The notes: generated by a model not told the origin, from the letters alone. A stretch of 64,000 nucleotides of DNA from Gemmatimonadales bacterium (GCA_035637355.1 DASPXJ010000091.1:161-64160), one strand, 5' to 3'. Shown: positions 34,220-43,752, numbered from the stretch's first letter. Made by a program: numbers and translations.

Positions 34220-34932
34220 CCGTACCGCGCGCGGTTGGCCGTCGCGTGTTCGTAGGCGGCCGGCGTATCGATGTCGATCCAGTGGCTGGCTGCGGGGATC
34301 GGCACCGCCTCGAAGTCGTCCGCGGCGATGAGCTCCCGCACTCCCTCGGTGATGCTGTCGCGGCCCCGGCCGATCTGCCGCCCCATCGCATCGAAATAGC
34401 GGCGGGTGAGCCGGAAAACGCCGCAGTCGACGGCGTTGAAGTCAGCCAGCTCCTTCCCGATTCGGGTAATCCGGCCCGCATCGACCCAGACCTTGGTGGC
34501 GTCCTCCAGGTCGTGTACCAGCTCGATGCGTGAATCGACGAGCAGTTGATTGCGGCCGGCCGGCGCGTCGATCATCGCCCGCAGCGCCGCGGGAGAGACG
34601 AGGTGGTCCGACATGGACAGCAGAACCTCCTCGTCCGGGGCCAGCACCGTACCCGCCAGGTGCACTGAAATCCCGTTGCCTCGGTGCCATTCCGGATTCC
34701 TGACCACGCTGACCGCGTAGCCCAGGTTATCGTTGGCGGTGAGGTACTCGACGATCGCCTCCCCCCGGAATCCGACGATCACGATGAATTCAGAGATCCC
34801 CGCGGCGGCGAAGTTCTGCATGATGCCGGAGAGAATGGTCCCGCTTCCGAACCGCAGCAGCGTCTTCGGAGTGTCGTCGGAGGAGCTCGCGAGCCGGCTT
34901 CCCCGTCCCGCGGCAGTGATGATGGCCCTCAC
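34216..34932 (-). CDS. Nucleotidyltransferase (sugar/alcohol-phosphate cytidylyl- or nucleotidyl-transferase)
   Basis: GTG 34932 within ORF 34216..35046. AIITAAGRGSRL signature. GTGA overlap with the upstream GT4 gene and ATGA-type overlap with the downstream TagF-like gene. Confidence 0.75.
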   Translation of the reverse strand: MRAIITAAGRGSRLASSSDDTPKTLLRFGSGTILSGIMQNFAAAGISEFIVIVGFRGEAIVEYLTANDNLGYAVSVVRNPEWHRGNGISVHLAGTVLAPDEEVLLSMSDHLVSPAALRAMIDAPAGRNQLLVDSRIELVHDLEDATKVWVDAGRITRIGKELADFNAVDCGVFRLTRRYFDAMGRQIGRGRDSITEGVRELIAADDFEAVPIPAASHWIDIDTPAAYEHATANRARYG

Positions 34933-36071
34933 GAAGCAGACAGGCCAAGGACGTGCTCGTACACTGCGGCCGTCCGCTCCGCCGCCAGTCGCCAGCTGAA
35001 TCCCGCCGCGCGAGACAGCGCGCGCTGACGGAGCTGATCGCGCCATTCACCATCCTCCAGCACCCGCACGATCGCCGCGGCCAGTTCGCCTGGATCCAAC
35101 GGATCGTCCACGAGCGCGGCCGCGTCGCCCGTGACCTCAGGAATCGAGCTCGTGTTGGCGGCGATCACCGGGCACCCGCAGCGCAGTGCCTCGAGCAACG
35201 GCAGCCCGAACCCTTCGAGCAGTGAGGGGAACACCAGCGCGTCGGCCGCCGCGTACCACAGCGCCAACCTCGCGTCGGAGACGTCATGCTCGTAGCGGAC
35301 GTGGCGCTCCAGCCGCATGCGCCTGGTGAGTCGGCCGGCGCGGTGGCTCCGCCCCCCCACGCGGATCAGCAGCACCTCCGGGACCCGGGCGGCAACGAGG
35401 GGAAGTGCGCGGAGCAGCGTTTCCACGTTCTTCCGCGGCTCCTCACTCCCCACATGGAGCAGCAGCGGCTGGTCCGGGGACACGCCGAGCGCTGCGCGAG
35501 CGTTCGACCGGTTCGCGGGCCGGAACGGATCGCCCGTCCCCCACGGAGTGACGAATGTGTGCCGAGCCGGGTAGGGGAAGCGCGTCAAGAAATCCTGGCG
35601 GGAGAACTCCGATGGGAAAATAATGGCGGCGGCGCGCTGCAGTGCGGCGATGTGGCGCTTCCGAATCTGGGTGGAGATCCAGGGGTGGTTGCCCGGATAG
35701 CGGAGCGCGACAAGGTCGTGCACGGTGACGACGGCCGGTCCCACGTGCCGCACGCTGTGCCCCATCATCTGGCTCGTCACGTGGTACAGCGCGTATCCGC
35801 GCGGGATACGCTGCGGGTAATAGTAGCGGGAGGCGAGCTGGTACAGCGTCCCGTAGCCCGACTGCTTTTCCCACCACGGGCGGCGCTGCATCGTGATGTC
35901 GTTTGCATTCCCATCGCTCCACGCTGTGGCGTCGGCGTGCCGCGGCACATTCTGCAACAAGAGATGGACGGAGTGGCGCGCCGCATACAGAGTCCGCAGC
36001 TCGGAGTACAGACCCCGGACGTAGCGCCCGATCCCACCCGACAGATGGTCGTTGACCAGAAGAATGCTCAT
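34929..36071 (-). CDS. Glycosyltransferase family 4 (GT-B)
   Basis: ORF 34929..36071. EGFGLPLLEALRCGCPVIAA. Confidence 0.85.
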   Translation of the reverse strand: MSILLVNDHLSGGIGRYVRGLYSELRTLYAARHSVHLLLQNVPRHADATAWSDGNANDITMQRRPWWEKQSGYGTLYQLASRYYYPQRIPRGYALYHVTSQMMGHSVRHVGPAVVTVHDLVALRYPGNHPWISTQIRKRHIAALQRAAAIIFPSEFSRQDFLTRFPYPARHTFVTPWGTGDPFRPANRSNARAALGVSPDQPLLLHVGSEEPRKNVETLLRALPLVAARVPEVLLIRVGGRSHRAGRLTRRMRLERHVRYEHDVSDARLALWYAAADALVFPSLLEGFGLPLLEALRCGCPVIAANTSSIPEVTGDAAALVDDPLDPGELAAAIVRVLEDGEWRDQLRQRALSRAAGFSWRLAAERTAAVYEHVLGLSAS

Positions 36072-36117
36072 CGATGATGATGAATCATGTCCCGAAGCTA
36101 GTTATACTGGGACCTCG

Positions 36118-37035
36118 ATGCACGTCGTAGTCGCGTCCCATCATCGGCTCCCGGTCGAAGGTTATGGCGGACCGCAGCGCGTCGTCGTCGCGCTGGTGCG
36201 CGGGCTCGCGGCACTCGGTCATCGCGTCACGATTCTCGCGCAACCCGGGACGAAACTGCGCGAGGCGACGAAGATCGTGGACGTCGCGCCGCGGCTGCTC
36301 AAGGACTCCGGCGTCGATCTCAACCGCTTCATCCCCGACGGCGCCGACATCCTGCACGCGCATTTCCCCATGAAGAAGGGGCCGAAGGATCTCCCCTTCG
36401 TGCAAACGCTGCACGGCAACTGGAAGCCCGACACGCCCCTCCCGCCGAACACGATCTTTCTTTCCCGCGACCACGCCAAACGACACGGCAGCACGATCTT
36501 CGTGTACAACGGGCTCGACCCCGCCGAATACATCTTCCGCGGCCGTAAGGAGCAGTGGGACCTGTTTCTCGGAAAACTGCACAGCGACCGCGGTTACCAG
36601 TGGGCGGTCGACGCCGCGAAGCGCACAGGGCGCCGGCTGATCATCGCCGGCGGCTGGCGGCCAACCTTTACGGGCGGCATCAAGTACGTCGGCGAGGTCG
36701 GTGGCAGGCGCAAAGCGGTGCTGCTCGCCCGCGCCCGCTGTCTGTGGATGCCGGCGCAGTGGGACGAGCCGTTCGGGTTGCCGACCATCGAGGCGCTGTT
36801 CTCGGGCACTCCCGTGCTCGGGACGCGGCGCGGCGCGCTCCCCGAAATCGTGACGCCGGCGGTGGGCGTGTTGCGCGACACGCTCGACGAGCTGATCACG
36901 GCGGGGGAGAAGGTGACGACGCTCGATCCACGGGCGTGCCGTGAGCGCGCCGAGCGGCACTTCACCCACCTGGTGATGGCGGAAGCCTACGTGCGCATGT
37001 ACCAGCAGATGCTGCAGAAGGGCGAGCTGAAATAG
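36118..37035 (+). CDS. Glycosyltransferase family 4 (GT-B), short form
   Basis: ATG 36118 within ORF 36052..37035 (MHVVVASHH). EPFGLPTIEALFSGTPVLGT. Confidence 0.8.
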   Translation: MHVVVASHHRLPVEGYGGPQRVVVALVRGLAALGHRVTILAQPGTKLREATKIVDVAPRLLKDSGVDLNRFIPDGADILHAHFPMKKGPKDLPFVQTLHGNWKPDTPLPPNTIFLSRDHAKRHGSTIFVYNGLDPAEYIFRGRKEQWDLFLGKLHSDRGYQWAVDAAKRTGRRLIIAGGWRPTFTGGIKYVGEVGGRRKAVLLARARCLWMPAQWDEPFGLPTIEALFSGTPVLGTRRGALPEIVTPAVGVLRDTLDELITAGEKVTTLDPRACRERAERHFTHLVMAEAYVRMYQQMLQKGELK

Positions 37036-37196
37036 ACCGCCCGCTGCAGCGCGTCCTCATCGTCGCGGCGCTGCTGCGCCTGCTCGCGGCCGTATTCAGC
37101 CAGGGATTCCTCGCCACCGACGACCATCACGTCGTCGTCAACGCGGCCGATCAGATCGCCAGCGGTACGCCACTGGCGACGACCTACGCGCGCTCG

Positions 37197-38471
37197 GTGC
37201 TGTTTCCGGGGGTCATCGGCGCCATCATGGCGTTGGGCCGCGGCATCGGGATACACGATCCCGGCCACGAGATGCTGCTGGTGCGCCTCATCCAGGCCGC
37301 GTATTCGCTGCTCGCCGTCTACTTCGTGTACCGCATGCTGGAGCGCTCGCTCGGCAAGGACAGCGCGTTGCTCGGCGGCTTCCTTGCGGCGGCCTTCTTC
37401 GCGATGGCGGTCACCGCGGTGCATCAGCTCGAGGAGTCGATCTGCCAGGTGCCGCTCCTGGCGGCGTGCTGGTGGTGGCAACGCACTGAAGACGGCGATC
37501 AGCCGTCAGCCGTCTGGGGCGCATTGGCCGGTGCGGCTCTCGGCACCGCCCTGATCCTGCGCTTTCCTTTGATAGCCTTTGCCGCCGCCTTCGTCGTACT
37601 GACCCTGTTCCGCCCAGCGGCGAGAAGCGCGAAGCTCGCGTTCATGGGCGGCCTTGCATGCGTGATCGTGCTGCAGGGCTTCAGCAATGCGGTGGTGAAC
37701 GATCAGTGGGGATACTCGTTCATCCACCGGCTCGGAGCGATGCTGCATCCGCAACGGATGGCCGTGGAGTCCGACGGATTCCCCAGCGCCCCGCCATGGC
37801 ACTACATTCTCACGCTGCTCGCGGCCCTTATTCCTCCTGCATCGATCCTGTTGCTTGCGGCAGCGGTCGCGGGCGGGAGGCAGCTGTCCCTGCTCGGCAT
37901 CCCGACGCTCGCGTTTTTCGTGAGCCATAGCGTGATCGCGAACAAGCAGGAACGGTTTCTGCTGCCGATTCTGCCGATCCTCTTCATCCTCATCGTCGCG
38001 GGACTTCCCTGGCTGGCGGCGCGCATCACGATTCGCCGGGCCTATCGCGGCATGTGGTGGTACTTCTGGATCGTGAACGCCGCGTTGCTGATCGTGCTGA
38101 CGTTCAGTTTCACCAAGCAGGACCGCGTCGCGCCGTTGCTGTACGTGTACCGGCGGCACGACGCGACGGGTGTCCTCATTGCGCAGTACAACCAGACGTT
38201 TCGGGTCCCCGACTACTATCTGGGGCGACCGAAACCGGCGCTGCTGGTGCTGCAACAGCGCGATGAGGTACCGGTGAGCGGCTTTGCCATCAATTACGTG
38301 GTGTTGTACAGCGACTCACTGGCGGCGGACCGCGCGTTTCTGGAAGGCGCACTACACCAGCGGCTGACGCTGCTGACGGTCATCACCCCGAGTCTCGCGG
38401 ACCGGCTCGCCCACGCCGTCAACCCGCGTCACAACAAGGCCCGGAACGCCGCCGTCTACACGACTTTGTAA
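37197..38471 (+). CDS. Polytopic membrane glycosyltransferase (GT-C fold, PMT_2/mannosyltransferase-like)
   Basis: ORF 37197..38471 (GTG) with more than 8 TM segments. The frame stays open upstream to at least 36960 and encodes a plausible first TM plus an acidic loop (LIVAALLRLLAAVFSQGFLATDDHH) without any ATG/GTG/TTG, so the true start is probably near 37032. Confidence 0.7.
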   Translation: MLFPGVIGAIMALGRGIGIHDPGHEMLLVRLIQAAYSLLAVYFVYRMLERSLGKDSALLGGFLAAAFFAMAVTAVHQLEESICQVPLLAACWWWQRTEDGDQPSAVWGALAGAALGTALILRFPLIAFAAAFVVLTLFRPAARSAKLAFMGGLACVIVLQGFSNAVVNDQWGYSFIHRLGAMLHPQRMAVESDGFPSAPPWHYILTLLAALIPPASILLLAAAVAGGRQLSLLGIPTLAFFVSHSVIANKQERFLLPILPILFILIVAGLPWLAARITIRRAYRGMWWYFWIVNAALLIVLTFSFTKQDRVAPLLYVYRRHDATGVLIAQYNQTFRVPDYYLGRPKPALLVLQQRDEVPVSGFAINYVVLYSDSLAADRAFLEGALHQRLTLLTVITPSLADRLAHAVNPRHNKARNAAVYTTL

Positions 38472-39322
38472 TTGCGAAATTCGAAGACGCGCGCGCCCGT
38501 CAGCCGCTCGATCCAGTCGGAGATGTAGAGACGGAGATGGCTGAGCTTGAGGTCGCGAGGGCCGACCACTCGCTCGGGGTCGTGGGCGCGCTCGCGAATC
38601 CATTCCGCGGCCGCGCGGGGATGCGTGCCCGTGAACGGCTTCAGGAGCGGGATCCAATCGAGGTGACCCGCGCCTTTCAGCTCCTGCTCGAGCCGCTGCT
38701 TGGCCCAGGGATAAATCGTCCTCGAGATCTCGCGCTTTTGCCGGATCGCCGCGGCCGGTCGCGCCCAGCCGTAATGGAACATCTCCGCATCCGTGGGGCG
38801 CGCGCGAATTTTCCGGTACTCCGGCCCGACGCGAAAGCCTTGCGCGCCCTGAAAGGCACGGATGTCCCTGCCGAGGCGAACGCAGCGCACTTCCCGCCGA
38901 TACCAACGCCGGTTCGTCGCGATACAGTCGAACCCGCCGTAGAAATGGAGATATTTCACCAACAGGCCTTCGATGTGGCTCTCCTTGTCCCATTCGGCGA
39001 CTTTCTCCTTGAGCAGGCGCGCGCCACGCTCGTGCAGGACTTCGTCCGCCTGGATGTAGATGCCCCAGGTGCCGCGGCACGCCTCCATCGCGCGCTGCGT
39101 TTCGCTGGAGATCATCCGATTGCCTTTGCTGAAGTCCCACACCGTGTCGAGAATGCGGACGCGCGGGTCATCGATCGCGGCCACGAGGTCGCGGGTGTCG
39201 TCTTCCGATCGCCCGACGTTGACGACGACTTCATCGCACACCTCGAGCACCGAGCGAATCGCGGGGACGATGGGGAAGTCGATTTTGACGGCGTTGCGAA
39301 CGAGGGTGAAGCCCGAAAGCAT
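38456..39322 (-). CDS. Putative glycosyltransferase (GT-A-like), hypothetical
   Basis: ATG 39322 within ORF 38456..39457. MLSGFTLVRNAVKIDFPIVPAIRSVLEVCDEVVVNVGRSEDDT resembles short GT2-like proteins. Confidence 0.55.
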   Translation of the reverse strand: MLSGFTLVRNAVKIDFPIVPAIRSVLEVCDEVVVNVGRSEDDTRDLVAAIDDPRVRILDTVWDFSKGNRMISSETQRAMEACRGTWGIYIQADEVLHERGARLLKEKVAEWDKESHIEGLLVKYLHFYGGFDCIATNRRWYRREVRCVRLGRDIRAFQGAQGFRVGPEYRKIRARPTDAEMFHYGWARPAAAIRQKREISRTIYPWAKQRLEQELKGAGHLDWIPLLKPFTGTHPRAAAEWIRERAHDPERVVGPRDLKLSHLRLYISDWIERLTGARVFEFRNYKVV

Positions 39323-39323
39323 G

Positions 39324-41126
39324 TCAGGTCCGGAACTGAAGGTTGTACAGGCGCCGATACAGGCCGTCGGCGGCGAGCAGATGGTCGTGACTGCCCCGCT
39401 CCACGATGCGCCCTTCCGCCAGCACGACGATGAAGTCGGCGTGCTGCACGGTCGCAAGACGATGCGCGATGACGAACACGGTGCGGTGCGCCATCAGGCG
39501 GTCGATCGCCTCCTGCACCAGCCGCTCCGATTCGGTATCGAGCGCGCTGGTCGCTTCGTCGAGAATCAGGATCGGGGGATCGCGCAGCAGCGCGCGGGCG
39601 ATCGCAACCCGCTGGCGCTGGCCGCCGCTCAGCCGTGTGCCCCGCTCGCCCAGCAGCGTGTGGTAGGTCTCCGGCAGCCGCATGATGAATTCGTCGGCAT
39701 TGGCCGCGCGCGCCGCGGCGCGCACCTGATCCAGCGGCACGTCCTTCAGGCCGTAGGCGATGTTCGCGAGCACGGTGTCGTTCAGCAAGACGGTTTCCTG
39801 CGACACGATGCCCATCAAGCGCCGCAGCGAGGTGCGGGTGTAGCTCGTCAGCGGCACTCCGTCCATCACGATCTCGCCGCGTGTCGGCTCATAGAACCGC
39901 GGCAGGAGATCGACCAGCGTCGTCTTGCCGGCGCCCGACGGGCCGACGATCGCGACGACCTGCCCGCGCTCCACTTCGAGATCCACGTCGCGCAGCACCG
40001 CTTCCGACGCTTCGTACTCGAACGACACGCCGCGGAACTCGATCCGCTCGTTGAACTCCGCCGTGGTCTCCCCCGGCTTGTCGCCTTCGGCCGACGGCAG
40101 GTCGAGCACTTCGAACACGCGCTCGGCCGACGCGACGGCGGCGGTCATGATCGCCGGGTAGTTCGACACCGACTTGATCGGCGACATCAGCCGCAGGCTC
40201 ACGGCGAGGAACGTGATCAGCACCGCGGGATCGAGGGTCGCGACCGTGCCGAGCGCGAGCCGCGTCCCCACGACGAGGATGAGCACCAGCATGACCCCGC
40301 CGAAGACTTCGCTCACCGGACTGGTGAGGCTGGAATAGCGCTGCGCGCGCAGCACGCGCTTGCGGTAGCGCTCGGCCAGCTCGCGGAAGCGTCCCAGCTC
40401 GAACGCCTCCGCGACGTACGCCCGCACCAGCTTCGCCGACGCGATCATCTCGCCGACGTGACTGGTGACTTCGCCGCGCTCGGCGGCCAGCTCGCGCGAG
40501 CGGCGCCGCAGGCGGTTGATCATCGGCCGGATGATGAGGAGCAGGACCGGGGCGAGCAGCAGCGAGAGCAGCGCCAGCCGCACCGACAGGCCGAACAGGA
40601 TGACGACGTAGACGATGATGACCACGACGTTCTGCAGCAGCGACGCCAGCGCCGCGCTGACGGCGGTCTTGACCTGATCGGTGTCGCTGATGATGCGGGC
40701 GATGATCTGGCCGCCGCGGGTGCGCTGGAAATAGCCGAGCGGCAGCGTCTGGAGGTGCCGGAACAGCCGGATGCGCAGGTCGCGGACGACGCCTTCCTGA
40801 ATCGCCACGCTGCCGAGCGAAGAGAGGTACTGCGTGAGGTTCTTCAGCAGCAGCGCGACGAGCAGCACGATGACGACGTTGCGCAGCGCGATGTCCGGCG
40901 TCCCCGCCTGCAGCAACGGCCCGGCGATCTTGTTGAGCACGGCCTCGACGTGCGAGCCGCCCTCGGCGGGCAGCGCGGCGTCGCCGAACAGCGTGCGCAG
41001 GAACGGGATCAGCAGCACGAAGGTGAAGCCGTCGAGCACCGACGACACCACCGTCGCCCCGATCGTGGCGGCGAACAGCGAGGTGTAGGGCCGCAGCAGC
41101 GACAGCAGTCGAGCGCCGCGGCCCAT
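39324..41126 (-). CDS. ABC exporter, fused permease/ATPase (MsbA-like lipid/glycolipid flippase type)
   Basis: ORF 39324..41126. Six TM segments, then Walker A GPSGAGKTT, signature LSGGQRQRVAIARAL and Walker B ILILDEATS. Confidence 0.9.
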   Translation of the reverse strand: MGRGARLLSLLRPYTSLFAATIGATVVSSVLDGFTFVLLIPFLRTLFGDAALPAEGGSHVEAVLNKIAGPLLQAGTPDIALRNVVIVLLVALLLKNLTQYLSSLGSVAIQEGVVRDLRIRLFRHLQTLPLGYFQRTRGGQIIARIISDTDQVKTAVSAALASLLQNVVVIIVYVVILFGLSVRLALLSLLLAPVLLLIIRPMINRLRRRSRELAAERGEVTSHVGEMIASAKLVRAYVAEAFELGRFRELAERYRKRVLRAQRYSSLTSPVSEVFGGVMLVLILVVGTRLALGTVATLDPAVLITFLAVSLRLMSPIKSVSNYPAIMTAAVASAERVFEVLDLPSAEGDKPGETTAEFNERIEFRGVSFEYEASEAVLRDVDLEVERGQVVAIVGPSGAGKTTLVDLLPRFYEPTRGEIVMDGVPLTSYTRTSLRRLMGIVSQETVLLNDTVLANIAYGLKDVPLDQVRAAARAANADEFIMRLPETYHTLLGERGTRLSGGQRQRVAIARALLRDPPILILDEATSALDTESERLVQEAIDRLMAHRTVFVIAHRLATVQHADFIVVLAEGRIVERGSHDHLLAADGLYRRLYNLQFRT

Positions 41127-42697
41127 TAGCGCGAGCGACGCGGCGTCAGCAACGCGACGGGCAGAATCATTTCCTCCGGCGTCGCCCCGCCATGCAGGAA
41201 GGCGCCGCGATAGCGCGCCTGGTATTCGCGCAGCTTGGTCGGATACACGAAGAAGCGGTCGCCGGTCGCCAGCAGCAGCCGCACGCCGAGGCCTTTCGCC
41301 GGCAGCCCAAAGGCCTTCAGGTCTTCGACCATGATCGCGGCCTCGGGGTCCTCGGACCGGAGGTCTTCACCGAACTTGTAGCGCAGGTTGGCGGTCGCGT
41401 CGCGCTTGGCGAACACCGTCGCCGGCGTCTCGCAGTGGATCGAGCCGTGATCGGTGGTCAGCAGCACCGGGACGTTGCGCCGCTCCGCCTCTTCGAGTGC
41501 CGCGAGCACGGGCGAGCGCTCGAACCACGTCCGTGTGAGGCCGCGCAGCGCATCGGCGTCGCGCGCGACTTCATAGAGGATCGCGTTTTCGGAGCGGCCG
41601 TGCGTCAGCTGATCGATGAAGTTGAAGACGAGCGCGGTCACGCCGGGCTGCGCCAGGTGCGCCGGCAGGCGCCGCAGCAGATCCTGGCCGTCCGCGGCGG
41701 TGAACAGCTTCTCGTAGCGCACGGGGACGTTTTCGCCCACCAGCTCGCGCAGCTGCTCGGTCAGCAGCTCGGCCTCGTGGGCGTTCAGGCTCTCCTCATC
41801 GGTCGGCGCGCCCCACCACTCCGGATGGCGCGCCGCGATCTCCATCGGGAACAGGCCGCTGAAGATCGCGTTGCGGGAGAACGGCGTCGCGGTCGGCAGG
41901 ATGCTGTAGTAGTGCGATTCCTCCAGGTCGAAGAGCGGCGTGATCAAATCGCGCAGCACCTCCCACTGATCGAGCCGCAGGCAGTCGATCACGATGAACA
42001 CGACCCGGCCGGTGCGCTTCAGCGCGGGCACGAGAAACTCCGCGCCCACGTCCACCGACAGCGGCGGCCGGTCGCGCTCGGGATCGGCGAGCCAGCGCGG
42101 GTAGTTCCTGGTGATGAAGCCCTGGAAGTCCTTCCGTAAGCTGTCCTTCAGATTGCGCAGCGCTTCGGAGAGTCCGGGCTCGCCGCCCGCGGCGAGCCGC
42201 ACCTCCCAGCGCGCCAGCTCGGCGACCAGCTCGCTCCATTCGCGCCACGCGAGGTTCGCGCCGCGGCGGCCCTCGAGCTCGCGAAAGCGCGTGACGAAGT
42301 CGCGCGCCAGCCGCTGCTGGCGGATGCGGTCGCCTTCGAGCAGGCGCGTGACGACCGACAGCACCTGGCGCGGATGCACCGGCTTCACGAGGTAGTCGTC
42401 GATCTCGATGCCGATCGCGTCGCGCAGCAGCCCGTCGTCCTCGCTCTGCGTGACCATCACGACGGCCATGGCGGGGTCGATGGCGCGGATCTCGGGGATC
42501 AGCTCCAGGCCGCGGCGGCCGGGCATCTGCTCGTCGAGCAGCACGACGCTGTAGGGCTGGCGCCGCAGCATGGCGAGCGCGTCGTCGCCGTGCGCCGCCT
42601 GCGCCACCGCGAATCCCTGCTGCTCCAGAAAGCGGCGGTGCGCGGCGAGCCCGTCGACTTCGTCGTCAATCCAGAGAATACTTTTCGGTCGCGGCAT
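41126..42697 (-). CDS. Response-regulator receiver fused to a PglZ/alkaline-phosphatase-superfamily domain (PorX-like)
   Basis: ATG 42697 within ORF 41126..42736 (the track start is TTG). REC: ILWIDDE...VLLDEQMPG...LVKP. PglZ-like: VVFIVIDCLRLDQW...PTATPFSRNAIFSG...LTTDHGS. Confidence 0.8.
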   Translation of the reverse strand: MPRPKSILWIDDEVDGLAAHRRFLEQQGFAVAQAAHGDDALAMLRRQPYSVVLLDEQMPGRRGLELIPEIRAIDPAMAVVMVTQSEDDGLLRDAIGIEIDDYLVKPVHPRQVLSVVTRLLEGDRIRQQRLARDFVTRFRELEGRRGANLAWREWSELVAELARWEVRLAAGGEPGLSEALRNLKDSLRKDFQGFITRNYPRWLADPERDRPPLSVDVGAEFLVPALKRTGRVVFIVIDCLRLDQWEVLRDLITPLFDLEESHYYSILPTATPFSRNAIFSGLFPMEIAARHPEWWGAPTDEESLNAHEAELLTEQLRELVGENVPVRYEKLFTAADGQDLLRRLPAHLAQPGVTALVFNFIDQLTHGRSENAILYEVARDADALRGLTRTWFERSPVLAALEEAERRNVPVLLTTDHGSIHCETPATVFAKRDATANLRYKFGEDLRSEDPEAAIMVEDLKAFGLPAKGLGVRLLLATGDRFFVYPTKLREYQARYRGAFLHGGATPEEMILPVALLTPRRSR

Positions 42698-42756
42698 CTT
42701 TCGAGACAAGCTAGTCCCGCTGGCGAAGCCGGGCAACGCGCGACTACATTGGCCGC

Positions 42757-43752
42757 GTGTTGCGAGTCCTGTGCGTCCGGTTCAGCTCCATCGGCGATGT
42801 CCTCCTCACCACTCCCCTCGTGCGCGCGTTACACCGCCGCCATCCCGAAGCCGAGCTGTACTTCGTCACCAAGCGCGCGATGGCGCCGCTCGTGATCGAG
42901 AACCCCCATCTCACGGACGTCATCGCGCTCGAGCCCGGGGAACGGATCACCGATCTCGCGCGCCGCCTGCGCGCGATCGGGCCCACCCATGGGCTCGATC
43001 TGCACGGCAGTCTCCGCAGCGCCGCGCTGCGCTGGCTCGTGCCGTGCCGCTGGTCCGGGTATTCGAAACGCAAACTCGCCCGCACCACGTTGATCTCCAC
43101 CAAAATCAATCTGTACGGCAAGCACGTGCCGGTTCCGGAGCGGTACTTCGAAGCCGCCCGCGCGCTCGACGTGGCGCCGGATGGTGGACCGCCGGAGTTC
43201 TTTCTCGCGCCCGCGGCGCGGGCGCACATGACGCACTGGCTGCCGGCAGTCGGGGGGGGGCTCGAGCAACAGCGGTTCGCCGTGATTGCGCCCGGTGCCG
43301 CCCATGCGACCAAGCGCTGGCCGCTGCGCCACTGGCAAACGCTGACGGAGCGGCTGCGGCAGCTCGGCTACGGCATCGTCGCCGTCGGCGGGCCGGAGGA
43401 CCGTGAGCTCGTGAACGAACTTGGCTCGGGCGTCGTCAACGTCGCGGGAGAATTCACGCTGCAGGAAACCGGGGCGTGCCTCGCGCGCGCGTCCGTCGTC
43501 GTGTCCGGCGATACCGGCGTGATGCACATGGCGACGGGCGTGGGCGCCCGGGTCGTCGCGCTGTTCGGGCCAACCGTCGAGCCGTTCGGCTTCTTTCCGT
43601 ACGCGAACGGCGCCGTCGTCCTGGAGCGCGATCTGTCGTGCCGTCCCTGCTCGGCGATGGGGACGGAGCGCTGCCCGCTCGGCCACCATCGCTGTCTGGA
43701 GGACATCCTGCCGGATCAGGTGGCTGCCGCCGTGCAGCGGCTCGTCGCGTGA
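42757..43752 (+). CDS. Glycosyltransferase family 9 (LPS heptosyltransferase-like)
   Basis: ORF 42757..43752. RVLCVRFSSIGDVLLTTPLVRAL...KRWP...SGDTGVMHMA. Confidence 0.85.
   Translation: MLRVLCVRFSSIGDVLLTTPLVRALHRRHPEAELYFVTKRAMAPLVIENPHLTDVIALEPGERITDLARRLRAIGPTHGLDLHGSLRSAALRWLVPCRWSGYSKRKLARTTLISTKINLYGKHVPVPERYFEAARALDVAPDGGPPEFFLAPAARAHMTHWLPAVGGGLEQQRFAVIAPGAAHATKRWPLRHWQTLTERLRQLGYGIVAVGGPEDRELVNELGSGVVNVAGEFTLQETGACLARASVVVSGDTGVMHMATGVGARVVALFGPTVEPFGFFPYANGAVVLERDLSCRPCSAMGTERCPLGHHRCLEDILPDQVAAAVQRLVA

Noticed and set aside
41126-42697. PglZ domain considered as part of a BREX/DISARM-type defence locus.
   Set aside because: The domain is fused to a receiver domain (PorX-type architecture). 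No pglX/brxC/brxL-like large genes are nearby; the neighbours are an ABC exporter and glycosyltransferases.
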